In this document: in pieces, positions 41,304-50,702 of the stretch | Numbering within the stretch: position 1 is the stretch's first letter | Layout of the letters: every line of letters begins with the position of its first letter | From: a virus | Length of the DNA stretch: 64,000 bases | Virus record (IMG/VR): IMGVR_UViG_3300036795_000133 | Span: 50,085 to 114,084 of that record | Strand: one strand, 5' to 3' | Position numbers and translations under genes: made by a program | Notes under the pieces: generated by a model | What the model saw: only the letters and a program-made list of their open reading frames with translations | The model's database searches: none | What the model was told of the DNA's origin: nothing

Positions 41304-41486
41304 TTAGTTGTTCTTCCTGGGCGCGTCGCTTCCAAGCCGCATGCGGGCACTATCGAGCGCCGCCACGAGTATGTCGTTCATGTTCGTACCCCGTTCGGCG
41401 GCGGCGACCTTGAGCCAGCGGTGCAGTTCCGGCGGGAGTCTCGCGAGGAACTTGACTCGCTTATCTTGCTCAGCGTGCTTAGCCAT
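41304..41486 (-). CDS. Arc-like ribbon-helix-helix protein, probably leaderless
   Basis: KFLARLPPELHRWLKVAAAERGTNMNDILVAAL; TATCAT-6 nt-ATG. Confidence 0.75.
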   Translation of the reverse strand: MAKHAEQDKRVKFLARLPPELHRWLKVAAAERGTNMNDILVAALDSARMRLGSDAPRKNN

Positions 41487-41593
41487 ATAAGCATGATACA
41501 CACCGGGGCGATAAGTGGCGAACCGAGTTCGCGTTCGGCGCGGGCGACGCGGCCTGTGGGCTAAAAGCGGCCTAGCGAGGCTAGGCTTACACT

Positions 41594-41857
41594 GTGGGAT
41601 CTCCCGTGCCGCCGGCACCCAACCGCCTGATGATCGCGCTGGTCGACGGCCTCAACCGCTCCGCCTGGAGCGGGCGGCTGCCAAACGTGAACACGGGCGA
41701 AGCGTTCTGGGCCCCCGCTCGTAACGCCGTCTCCCTTGTTGCCGCAGGACAGGCCGAGTACGCCCCGGACGGTACCGTCGCACCGCCTCCTGAGCCGCCG
41801 AACACGGTGCACGGGACTCCTGGCTTTGCGGCAGGGACTAGCAACAGCTCGCACTGA
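41594..41857 (+). CDS. Small hypothetical protein, possibly virion-associated
   Basis: C-terminus NTVHGTPGFAAGTSN resembles the end of 5158-5784. Confidence 0.45.
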   Translation: MGSPVPPAPNRLMIALVDGLNRSAWSGRLPNVNTGEAFWAPARNAVSLVAAGQAEYAPDGTVAPPPEPPNTVHGTPGFAAGTSNSSH

Positions 41858-42100
41858 GGCACGCAGCCCTGCAGTGACCCCGTCAGGTGAAGTGCGCCAC
41901 TAGTGCGATGACCGCCCAGACGACGACGCCGAGCAGGCCAAGGCCGAGCAGGGCGCAGAACACGAACCAGGCCGCGAAGCCCTTCCCCCAGCGGCGCAGG
42001 TCCGGGCCGCCGTTACCGAGCTCATGCGCCGGAATCCTACTTGATCCCAGGGATGGCGACCGAGGCAGACACGGCACCGGAATTCCTGTGCATACGCCTC

Positions 42101-42130
42101 GTGCAGATGCACGTGCATCGGGCCTATGCT
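42101..42130 (+). promoter_or_regulatory. Putative late promoter of the lysis operon
   Basis: GTGCAGATGCACGTGCAT at 42101-42118, then TATGCT at 42125-42130. Confidence 0.6.
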
Positions 42131-42177
42131 GTGCTCATCGACGTGCTGTTCCCCCGCGCCTCACAAGGAGCCCAGCC

Positions 42178-42522
42178 ATGGCGGATGTAACCGCGACGCC
42201 CGACGGAGGCGCGTCAATCACGATCAGCGCGCAGGAGACAGCGGGACTGAAGGCACTCGCCGCGGTGCACCTGCCCATCCTGGCCAAGATCCGGGCGTGG
42301 TTCAGCGCCGACATTGCCCCCGAGCTAGGCGAGGCGGAGGCCTTCCTCAAGTCCCTGGCATCCAACCCGCCCGAGGGCTCGACCCTGACCGTGAGCGCAG
42401 GCCAGGTGCAGGCGCTGCGGGGGCTGCTCGCCGCGCACATCCCGGACTTCAACGCGGTGCTCGCCGTCGTCGAGTCCCCGGTTGTCAGGGATCTCCTGAC
42501 GTTCGCGAAGGCTCTCCTTTGA
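42178..42522 (+). CDS. Hypothetical protein with an internal repeat
   Basis: RBS AAGGAG; SITISAQETAGLKALAAVHLP repeated as TLTVSAGQVQALRGLLAAHIP. Confidence 0.6.
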   Translation: MADVTATPDGGASITISAQETAGLKALAAVHLPILAKIRAWFSADIAPELGEAEAFLKSLASNPPEGSTLTVSAGQVQALRGLLAAHIPDFNAVLAVVESPVVRDLLTFAKALL

Positions 42523-42781
42523 TCCGCACCCGCCGCCGCAGTGCCCTGCCGGAGGACCCGCGGGCAGGCGAGAGGCTAGACCGGGCTGTCGCGGTACTGC
42601 GGAGGTACCAGCGGGCCGGGGCCGTCGAGGTACCCGTCGCAGACGTGCTGGAGATGCTCGGCGCCGGTCCGGGAGCGGCTCCTGCGGCAGAGGCGCCGGC
42701 CCGTGACCCGCGCGCCGACCCGCTGACAGGCACCATGTGGGCAGGGCCGCCGGGAAGCGCGCCGCCGGGAAGCGAGGCGGG

Positions 42782-43897
42782 ATGAAGTTCCCCGGCATCT
42801 TCAGCCGGCTCGGCGCGAGCCGGGGCAACATGCTCGTCATCGGCACCGGGTACGGCATCTACGCGCTTTCCCTGCTGCTCCAGGGCGAGCGGTGGTCCCG
42901 GACCCCGGCGTACCACAACCTTCTCGCGATCATGCCCGCGTGGGGCTGGGGCGCGGCCTTCGGCGCCGTGGCGGCCCTCCTGCTCGCCGCCCTCGGCTTC
43001 TACGGGAACCGCGCGCTGTCCGTCGCCGCCCTCACCGCCGCGGCGGCCATCACCGTCCCCTGGACCCTGGCGTTCCTCGTCCGGTGGCTGACCAACAACT
43101 CCACCACCCCGGAAACCTGGGTGTCGTGGGCCGTCAACGCCTACCTGCTGGCCAGATCCGCTGTCCTGCTCGACTACCGGGAGGTGCTGGTCCCGTCCCG
43201 CCGCCGCCAGGACGGCGACGGTGCCTGACGCGGTTTCCCTCACCGAGCTTGTCTCCGTCCTGGGCGGCATCGCGGCCACCTGCGTTGTCCCCTTCGCCCT
43301 CGCCAGGCGCCGGTCGGCCGACAACCAGGCCGCGACCGCGGTCCGCAACTGGGCCGAGCTCAACGAGGCGCTGCAGGCGGAAATCCGCCGGGTCACCAGG
43401 GAGCTTGAGCGGCAGCGCACCGACTACCAGTCCCAGCTCAACGACCTGCGGGGAGATTACCAGTCTCAGCTCGACGGGGCCCGCCGGAGGATCACCGAGC
43501 TGGAAGCCGAGGTCGCCGCCCTGCAGCGGGCACTGCGGGGGGCGGGACCTTGACCGGCGGCGGGCTGCTGCTGCTGATGCTGCTCGTCTCCTGGACGTCG
43601 CTGGTGCTCCAGGCGGCGGCGGCACTCCACCTGTGGCTACAGCGGGCCTCCAGTACCGCCGAGAGGCTCGCCGGGCACGGCTACGTCCGCACCGCCGCCT
43701 GCCGGGTCCTGGCCGCCGCCGTCTACTCTGCCGTGGCGCTGCTGGCCGTGGCCGGCGTCCGCATACCGGGTGCGGGGACGCTCGGCCCGGAGGCCCTTGT
43801 CGTATTCACGGCGGTCCAGGGGATCTGGCTCGCCAACTCGGCGCTGGACATCAGGGTCCGGAGCAGGCTCGCACAGGAGGAGGAAAGCGAGAAATGA
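42782..43897 (+). other. Three membrane-protein genes, holin candidates (42782-43228, 43221-43553, 43550-43897)
   Basis: Multi-TM proteins and a TM plus coiled-coil protein directly upstream of the endolysin. Confidence 0.6.
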
Positions 43898-43916
43898 TCA
43901 CCTTCGGGAGGTGCAC

Positions 43917-44669
43917 GTGACACTCAGCATGCCGGACTCTATTTACCCGGCGAACATGCCGAAGGGATACGGCCAGTACCTCGCCTACGTTGACGGTGAG
44001 CGATCCAAGGACGCCGATGCCGTCCGGTCCATGTTCGCCGGGGCGCGCATCCTCACCCTTACCGTGCTCGGCGGGAACGCCGTCGCCGACGGGTGCGACA
44101 TGGAACCCGGCGACCTCTCGCCCGCGTCGGCCGCGGCGTGGCTGCACGGGCGGATCCGGGCAGGGCAGGTGCGGCCGGTACTGTACGCGAGCCGCGACAA
44201 CGTGCCCGGGGTACTCAGCGCCATGGCCGGGCTCGGCGTCTCACGGCAGCAGGTACGGATCCTGTCGGCCCACTACGACGGCGAGCATGTCTGCTCGCCC
44301 CGGGCGTGCGGCTGGATGCTGACCGCGGACGGCACGCAATGGAGTGACAGTTTCCCAGGCGTCGGCGGGTCCAGGATTGACATGTCCCTGCTCGCCGACG
44401 ACTTCTTCTCTACCGGCTCTACCAGTCCTACCCAACTCAACTGGACGGAGACGATTGTGCAGCAGCTACCTGAGCTCAGGCAGGGCGCGACCGGGACGGC
44501 CGTGCGCACCGTCCAGGGCCTGTGCGCGGCGCGAGGCCATGCGGTGACCGTGGACGGCTCGTTCGGCCCGGCGACTCTAGCCGCGGTCAAGGCCGCTCAG
44601 GCAGCGGGGCGGGTGACCCAGGACGGCGTAGTCGGCCCTGTGACCTGGGGTGTCCTGCTCGGCGTCTAG
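43917..44669 (+). CDS. Endolysin: GH25/DUF1906-like barrel plus peptidoglycan-binding domain
   Basis: YLAYVDG..DGCDMEPGD..RPVLYAS..DGTQW..IDMSLL; LRQGATGTAVRTVQG..VDGSFGPAT..QDGVVGPVTW. Confidence 0.8.
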   Translation: MTLSMPDSIYPANMPKGYGQYLAYVDGERSKDADAVRSMFAGARILTLTVLGGNAVADGCDMEPGDLSPASAAAWLHGRIRAGQVRPVLYASRDNVPGVLSAMAGLGVSRQQVRILSAHYDGEHVCSPRACGWMLTADGTQWSDSFPGVGGSRIDMSLLADDFFSTGSTSPTQLNWTETIVQQLPELRQGATGTAVRTVQGLCAARGHAVTVDGSFGPATLAAVKAAQAAGRVTQDGVVGPVTWGVLLGV

Positions 44670-44690
44670 GGAAGAGAAAGAAGACCAGTC

Positions 44691-45854
44691 ATGGGCGTAA
44701 GCCTTTCGCTCAGCCTCAGCCCGGCCTCAGGCGTCTTGCCGGGGCAGGTGGTAACGGCGGTCTACACGGTCTCGGGAGACAACCCGGTCCCCGCCGCGAC
44801 CGTCGCCACGACTAGCGGCGAGGTCACGGTCGGCGGGACTGAGTACGAGGAGGTCACCACGATCTCGTCGCTCTCCGTCCCTGCTGCGCCGGTGACTTAC
44901 TCGACTCCAGTGTGCAGCGGGCTCAGATTCGCCCAGACAGGCCAGCCGAACACCTTCACTGCCGTGGCCGGGGCCAGTTTCGGGAGCGTGGTGTCGGGAT
45001 CCGTCATCGTCAAGGGAACAACCTACTCCGCGACCGCCACCCTCTCGGCGGGGACGCCTGTAACGCCTCCGCCGTCCGGAACGGTCCCGTACCCGGCTGC
45101 CCTGGCGACGGGACACACGCTGCTTAACCAGTACCTGCCCGCCGACCTGTACTCGTGGCGCTTCATGCCGGGCACGGCTAGCACTCCAGTCACCAACGGA
45201 TCTGGCGTGACCGAGAACCCGAATAGCCCCCGCAACGTCTCCGTCACCACCGACGGCGGCCTCAGCGTCCTGAAGCTCGCGGTCACCAGCACCGCCGATT
45301 GCGGTGTCATCCAGTCGCCGGGCACGTACCCGACCTCGAGCGGCGTTATCGAGGCCCTGGTCAAGTTCTCCGGGTTCACGAACGCGAGCGGTCACTTCTT
45401 CAGTGCGTGGAGCTCATTCTGGTTGTACGGGGCCGATTGGCCGGCTGGGGGTGAGGTTGACGCCGTGGAAACCCAGTACGGCAACAGCTTCGTCTCCTAC
45501 CACTACGGGTCCGGGAGCAGCAGCGAAGCCACGACCGATCCGTGGATCTACCCGGCCAAGACGGTTCAGCTTCAGCCGAAGAACAGCACGACCGCCCCGG
45601 CTGCGCCGAACATCGTTCCTGACCAGTGGACTCACGTCACGCTCGCGTTCGGCAAGGACGCAGCGGGCGACTTCAAGTGCGACGTGTACTACGAGGGCAC
45701 GCTGTACTGCACGATCGCCGGCCCGTTCGTCACAGGGCAGCCGATGCTCGTGACGGCGGGCACCAGCTTCGGGGGTGCCGTACTCGGATCCGCTCAGACG
45801 CCTTACGACCAGCCTGGCAACGTCGCGATCCAGTACATCCGGGTGTTCAGTTAG
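44691..45854 (+). CDS. GH16 glycoside hydrolase with N-terminal beta domain
   Basis: WSSFWLYGADWPAGGEVDAVE (ExDxxE catalytic motif), IQYIRVF terminus. Confidence 0.85.
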   Translation: MGVSLSLSLSPASGVLPGQVVTAVYTVSGDNPVPAATVATTSGEVTVGGTEYEEVTTISSLSVPAAPVTYSTPVCSGLRFAQTGQPNTFTAVAGASFGSVVSGSVIVKGTTYSATATLSAGTPVTPPPSGTVPYPAALATGHTLLNQYLPADLYSWRFMPGTASTPVTNGSGVTENPNSPRNVSVTTDGGLSVLKLAVTSTADCGVIQSPGTYPTSSGVIEALVKFSGFTNASGHFFSAWSSFWLYGADWPAGGEVDAVETQYGNSFVSYHYGSGSSSEATTDPWIYPAKTVQLQPKNSTTAPAAPNIVPDQWTHVTLAFGKDAAGDFKCDVYYEGTLYCTIAGPFVTGQPMLVTAGTSFGGAVLGSAQTPYDQPGNVAIQYIRVFS

Positions 45855-45870
45855 CACGGCAGGCGCTTAG

Positions 45871-45918
45871 CAACGCGAGAGCCCGGCTCCCCTCCTTCGG
45901 GGCCGGGCTCTCGCGTTG
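45871..45918. terminator. Hairpin between convergent operons
   Basis: 17-bp perfect stem CAACGCGAGAGCCCGGC / GCCGGGCTCTCGCGTTG. Confidence 0.8.
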
Positions 45919-46118
45919 CGCGGGGTTTCAGGGCCGGCGCGACCGGGGCGCGGAAGTCTCCGCGTGCCAGCGGCGGCGGAGGTCCTTCGGGGGGACGGTA
46001 AGGCTCGCCTGGAAGCACAGGTAGGCCGAGCCCGCGATGAGCGCGGCGACGATGGCGCCTCCGATGATGGCGAACAGCATCCGGGATTCCTTCCGTAAAC
46101 GATCTTGATGTTCCGCCC

Positions 46119-46448
46119 CGGTCCGCGTCGCTCAGGAGCGGTCTTCGCCCCGGTCCCCGCTGGCGGTCCCGGTCCGGTCCTCAGGGCGGTCCGCCTCATC
46201 CTCGGCGGGGCGGTCCGGACCCAGGCGGCGGCGCAGCTTGCGGCCGTAGCCCTCGCTGACGCCCAGTTGGCGCGCGAGTTCCGCGCCGCTCATTGTCAGG
46301 TCCGTGGCCAGCAGCTTCAGTGCGCGCGCCTCAAGTTCAACGTCGTCCTCGGGAGCAGTCTCGGTGCTGGACCGGGGGGCGGTCCCGGGCCGCGCAGGAG
46401 CGGTCCTGGACCGCCGCGCGGGACCGCCCAGCTTCCGCTCTAGGACCG
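46119..46448. repeat. Cluster of CGGTCC/GGACCG repeats
   Basis: CGGTCC at 46119, 46151, 46164, 46170, 46175, 46187, 46211, with more copies in both orientations at 46369-46448. Confidence 0.55.
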
Positions 46449-47079
46449 CCGTCTTCGCGGCTGCCTTCTCCGCATCGGACCGGGCAATGGCGAGGGCCTC
46501 CGCAGCGTCCGCGAGAGCCTGGTCGCGCGCCTCAATCTCGGTGCCTGCCCGCGCCCGCAGGTCGCTCATCGCGGCCTGGTGCGCGGCGTTATCACGTTCC
46601 CGCGAGGACCGCTCCGCGTCCGCCGCGGCGAGCAGTTCCGCCTCCCTCCGCGCGACCGCGGCAACGGCCTGCGCGGCGGACGGCCCGTTCATGATGAAGT
46701 ACGCGGCAAGCAGTTCCGCCCCGTCGAGGAGCGCGCCGAACAGCAGCGAGAAGTGCGGCGGGGCGGCAGCCAGGACCACGTCCCCGGTGGCGCTCGCTGA
46801 CAGGAACATCGCGGCGCCCATGATCAGGTACGCCCCGGCCTTCGCGGGCCAGGGCGCGTCCCGCCACTCGGCGACGATCTCCAGGACGAGTACCGCGATC
46901 AGGAGCGGCGCGACCCCGTACAGCACGGCCAGTTCCCAGGGCATGTGGCCGAACTTGACCGAGTGGTAAACCTGGAACGCCATGGTGGTGCTGCCCATGA
47001 CGACGGTGACGATCCACGCTGAGGTCCGGGCACGGCGCAGCGGGGCGCCTGCGGCTTCATCTGATCCCATGTCGGACAT
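46132..47079 (-). CDS. Spd-like (DUF2637-type) membrane protein with coiled coil and C-terminal HTH
   Basis: Four TM segments, then a coiled coil, then DLTMSGAELARQLGVSEGYGRKLRR. Confidence 0.7.
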   Translation of the reverse strand: MSDMGSDEAAGAPLRRARTSAWIVTVVMGSTTMAFQVYHSVKFGHMPWELAVLYGVAPLLIAVLVLEIVAEWRDAPWPAKAGAYLIMGAAMFLSASATGDVVLAAAPPHFSLLFGALLDGAELLAAYFIMNGPSAAQAVAAVARREAELLAAADAERSSRERDNAAHQAAMSDLRARAGTEIEARDQALADAAEALAIARSDAEKAAAKTAVLERKLGGPARRSRTAPARPGTAPRSSTETAPEDDVELEARALKLLATDLTMSGAELARQLGVSEGYGRKLRRRLGPDRPAEDEADRPEDRTGTASGDRGEDRS

Positions 47080-47161
47080 CGTGACGCCTTCCTTGATCGT
47101 TCTCAGGGATTCGGGGCGACCGCCCGGCCCGGGGTAGCCGGGCGGTCGCGTTCTGGGGGGT

Positions 47162-47488
47162 TCAGGCGGCGGCAGGGTCGGAGAACTCCGCCTCGAGCGC
47201 GGCCCGCTGGTTGGCACCGAGGCCGCGCAGCCTGCGCGCCTGGTCGATGCCGAGGCGGGCCATGATCTGCCTCGCGCGGACCTTGCCGACACCGGGCATC
47301 GCCTCGAGGACCGCGGTGACCTTCATCTTTCCGATGGTGTCGTTCCCGCCCGCCTGGGCGAGGACCGCGGGCAGGGTTGTCGTGCCGTTCTTCAGGCAGG
47401 CCTTCGTGCCTGCGCGGGCAGAACGGGCCGCCTTCGCCTTCTCGAGGGAGGCGGCCCGCTGCTCGGGGGTCATGGGTGGTAGTGGCAT
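47162..47488 (-). CDS. mihF: Actinobacterial integration host factor (mIHF/sIHF)
   Basis: LPPMTPEQRAASLEKAKAAR..IGKMKVTAVLEAMPGVGKVRARQIMARLGI..RRLRGLGANQRAALEAEF. Confidence 0.92.
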   Translation of the reverse strand: MPLPPMTPEQRAASLEKAKAARSARAGTKACLKNGTTTLPAVLAQAGGNDTIGKMKVTAVLEAMPGVGKVRARQIMARLGIDQARRLRGLGANQRAALEAEFSDPAAA

Positions 47489-47536
47489 TGGTTCCTCCTG
47501 TTTGAACTGCGATTCATCACTGTGAGTAGTTGTTTT

Positions 47537-47670
47537 CTTGAGCGGGAAGGGGCGCTCAAGCTTGAGTGGGGTCTTGAGCGTGGCTTGAGCGGATCCTTTG
47601 AGTGCCGCTTAAGCTTCGTCGCCCCTACGCGCGGGCGGGCGCGCGCGGGCGCGCGCGAGGCCCGCTCAAG
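47537..47670. repeat. 8-bp repeat cluster (CTTGAGYG), candidate clt locus
   Basis: CTTGAGCG at 47537, 47573, 47584; CTTGAGTG 47561; TTTGAGTG 47597; inverted CGCTCAAG at 47553, 47663; CGCTTAAG 47606. Confidence 0.7.
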
Positions 47671-47681
47671 GATGGCACTCG

Positions 47682-49781
47682 TCACTGAGTGTCGCCTTCC
47701 CCCGGGGGAGGGGTCAGCATCCAGCGAGCGGCGGCCCGTTCGCCGACGACGTAGGCGGCGCCCTTGCCGCGCAGGTTCTCCAGCCAGGTCCGGGCCGTCC
47801 ACTTCTTCACGTCGAACCTCGTCGCGACCGCGCTGATCGTCGTGCCCCCCTCGAGCATCTCCAGCAGCGGGCCGAGAGCCTCGCCGGGCACCTGCGCCGC
47901 CTCGCCGACCTGCCGCCACCCCTCAGCCGTGAGCGCCGCCAGTGCCTCCGGGTCCGCCTGAGGGGGAGCGGGCCTCGCCCGGCCCTCCTCGATCGTCCTG
48001 CGCGCGGTGCCGAGCTTCGCGGCGAGGGCGTCGAGCCGCCCCCGTTCCCTGTCGTCCATTTCCGTCTCCCACCTCTGGAGGGGGTCTTCGCCCTCGAGCA
48101 CGGTTCCCTTCGCCGCGGGGACAGCCGTCTCCGTGCCGTCACCCGGTTCCTGCGCCGGCACGGCGGACGGGCCCGCGGTCATACCCGGCCCGCCGTCCGT
48201 CTCCGCCGGGTTCTCGCCTTGGCCGCGCGCCCACCTGGCGAACACCTCGTCCTTCAGCAGAGCCTCGTAAGCCTCGCCGAGGTACTCCGCGCAGGCACCG
48301 GAAATCTCCGGCTGGGCGAAGGCGCGCTCCTGGGCGAGCTGCTCCACGAAGGCACCGTGCCCGGCCGCGTTCGGGTGGAAGACCCATGTCCGGCCGACCT
48401 GCAGGCCGCCGCCGAGTCGCTCGACCTTCCACACGCCCGGCTTGCCCTCGCCGTAAGTGGACATGTCAGGGCCGGCGAGGCTGCCCGCGTGGCGGGCCTC
48501 GTTCGAGTTCTGAACCAGGCCGGTGCAGCGCACGTTGTCCTGGGACCGGGCCTTGGGGTCGGTGTACTCGCGGGTGTTCCGCTGGCCGAGGTGCACGTAG
48601 CCGACGCCGTGCGAGCGGCCCTTGGTGACGATCGTGGCGATGTCCTCCCGCAGGGGCCCCAGCGCGCTGTCGCTCTCGTCGTTGAAGATGATGATCGCCG
48701 GGTGCGCGGGCGAGGGGGCGTACTGGCCGCGCTTGAAGTTCTTCGTCCGCCACTCGATGACAGCGGCGATAACCTTCAGGACAGCCGCGGCGCGAGACTT
48801 CTGAGCCGGGCCGTAGGCGGTCAGCCAGCAGGCCGGACCCCAGCTCTCCACGTCCTCATGGCCCTTGACGGACAGGTTGAGGTGCACCGCCAGGGCGTCG
48901 TCGCAGGCGGTCACGTGCTCGAAGAGGTCGTCCTCCAGAACGCCTTTGCCTCCCCCGGAATTCGCGGTGACGCTGACGCGCCTGGCGCCGTTCTCGTCGT
49001 ACAGGGGGACGGTCAGCGGGTCGCCGGTCTCCGGGTCCTGGCCGATAACCGCCTCGTCGAGGATGCTACGGGCCTCCGGCAGCCGGATCTCCGGCTCCTC
49101 GCACACGAGCGGGTGCAGGAGCACGCCGGCCCACGGGTCGATGCGGCGGACGGAGATCCGGATCCGCCCGGCGAGGTGGTGGCCCATCACCCGGACACGG
49201 GACAGGGGAAGGTTCTCCGCCTCCGCGATTACCTCCTCGAGGGCACGGCCGACAAAATGGGACGCGCGCTTGCCGGTGCCCTTGGTGCTGACCGTGTAAA
49301 GCTCGCCGAGGCGCGTCTGCCGGAACTCGAGCAGGTGACTGCCGCCGAGGTGCCAGTTACGGGAGCGGCCGAGCCAGTCCGCGCGGGCGTCGCGCCACTC
49401 GCGGGCGGCGGTGACGGCGTCGTGCCTGTGCGCGGCCCTGGACGCGGCGAAGGCGAAGACAACCCAGGCGGCGGTCAGGGGAACAGCGGGCCACCAGGCA
49501 AGCGGGCCGAAGCGGTCAGCGGCGGTCAGCCAGGCGCCGCCGATCAGGACCCACCACGGCAGCGAGTCTGCGACGCCGTCCCGCCGTCCCGCGGTACCCC
49601 ACGCGAGGGCGACGGCCAGGGCGGTGGCGCCCCCGAGGGGGAGCACCGCGTGGACGCCGGCGAGCCGCATGACCTCAGCGGCCGTCCACGTCACCGCGGC
49701 GGCGGGCAGCACGGCGGATGCCAGGCGCTCCGCCGGGGCACGGCGCAGGTCCGGCACCTCCGTGCCCCAGTCGCCGTTCAC
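47682..49781 (-). CDS. TraB-like FtsK/SpoIIIE DNA translocase
   Basis: N-terminal TM segments; IGQDPETGDPL, Walker A-like ANSGGGKG, IIIFNDESD, IVTKGRSHGV..GQR; C-terminal winged HTH. Confidence 0.8.
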   Translation of the reverse strand: MNGDWGTEVPDLRRAPAERLASAVLPAAAVTWTAAEVMRLAGVHAVLPLGGATALAVALAWGTAGRRDGVADSLPWWVLIGGAWLTAADRFGPLAWWPAVPLTAAWVVFAFAASRAAHRHDAVTAAREWRDARADWLGRSRNWHLGGSHLLEFRQTRLGELYTVSTKGTGKRASHFVGRALEEVIAEAENLPLSRVRVMGHHLAGRIRISVRRIDPWAGVLLHPLVCEEPEIRLPEARSILDEAVIGQDPETGDPLTVPLYDENGARRVSVTANSGGGKGVLEDDLFEHVTACDDALAVHLNLSVKGHEDVESWGPACWLTAYGPAQKSRAAAVLKVIAAVIEWRTKNFKRGQYAPSPAHPAIIIFNDESDSALGPLREDIATIVTKGRSHGVGYVHLGQRNTREYTDPKARSQDNVRCTGLVQNSNEARHAGSLAGPDMSTYGEGKPGVWKVERLGGGLQVGRTWVFHPNAAGHGAFVEQLAQERAFAQPEISGACAEYLGEAYEALLKDEVFARWARGQGENPAETDGGPGMTAGPSAVPAQEPGDGTETAVPAAKGTVLEGEDPLQRWETEMDDRERGRLDALAAKLGTARRTIEEGRARPAPPQADPEALAALTAEGWRQVGEAAQVPGEALGPLLEMLEGGTTISAVATRFDVKKWTARTWLENLRGKGAAYVVGERAAARWMLTPPPGEGDTQ

Positions 49782-50701
49782 GCCGCCTGCCCGCCCTGCG
49801 GCGCGCCGCCGTCGCCGAACCAGAAGCGGTTGGCGGGCAGGGGGGCGCCGTCGGCCGCCTCGCGGAGGTCGTCGTGGATCAGGTGGTACCGCTTGCTGAC
49901 CTGCGCCGCATGGGAGGCCAGCTCGGCGATGTCGTCGGCGAACTCGTAGTGGGCGGCGACGTAGGCCGGGTGGAGGCCCGCGCCGCCCTCGCCCAGGTTC
50001 TCCGTGCGGGCCATGACCGCCTCAGCCCAGGTGAGGATCCCGGCGGCCTCCCCGTCCATGTGCTCGCACAGGTCGTCTTCGTTCTCCGGGTCGAACTCCG
50101 CCGCCTCGCCCGCCACGGCCGCCCACGTCCGGGGAACGATGACCCCAGCCGCCTCGAGAGCCACCGCCACGTCGGCGGGGGCGGGGGCGTCGCCGAGCGC
50201 CGGGTCAGCGTGGATGGACGGAACGCCGGGGACCGAGCGGCGCCACGGGGGGACGCCGGGGGTGGCGCGAACGGGCCGGGGGGCGGTGCCCGGTGCGGCG
50301 GGCGGCAGGGGCTCGCGGCGCATGAGGCCTGCGAGCTCGCGCACGCCTTCGCGGGCATTCCGCAGGGCGTCCCGCACCTGGTCGCATAGCAGCGAAAGGA
50401 TCAGGCGCGTCGCCCCGGCCTTCCCGAACTTAGGGTTCCTGGCAGCATGCCGCCACACAGACCAGCACCGCACGCCCACAACCGCCAGCGGTCCCGCCAG
50501 CAGAGACGCGTCAACCAGTACCGGCAGAACGCCGAGCACGGTCAGCGGGACCATCGCAGCGGAGATAAGGATCAGCAGGCCAGTCCAGCTGCGCGCGTCC
50601 CGCCACCCGCCCGTCCGGGCCATCTGGGCGATACCCAGGATGATGACGCCCGAGAAGAAGGCGAAGGCCCCCCACATGGCAAGGGTGAGAATCGTTCCCA
50701 T
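49778..50701 (-). CDS. Membrane protein coupled to the traB-like gene
   Basis: Three TM segments plus an acidic helical C-domain; GTGA overlap. Confidence 0.6.
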   Translation of the reverse strand: MGTILTLAMWGAFAFFSGVIILGIAQMARTGGWRDARSWTGLLILISAAMVPLTVLGVLPVLVDASLLAGPLAVVGVRCWSVWRHAARNPKFGKAGATRLILSLLCDQVRDALRNAREGVRELAGLMRREPLPPAAPGTAPRPVRATPGVPPWRRSVPGVPSIHADPALGDAPAPADVAVALEAAGVIVPRTWAAVAGEAAEFDPENEDDLCEHMDGEAAGILTWAEAVMARTENLGEGGAGLHPAYVAAHYEFADDIAELASHAAQVSKRYHLIHDDLREAADGAPLPANRFWFGDGGAPQGGQAA

Positions 50702-50702
50702 G

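Noticed and set aside
47625-47660. GC-only run CGCGCGGGCGGGCGCGCGCGGGCGCGCGCG as an origin or Z-DNA element
   Set aside because: Low complexity in a high-GC genome with no independent support. It lies within the clt candidate.
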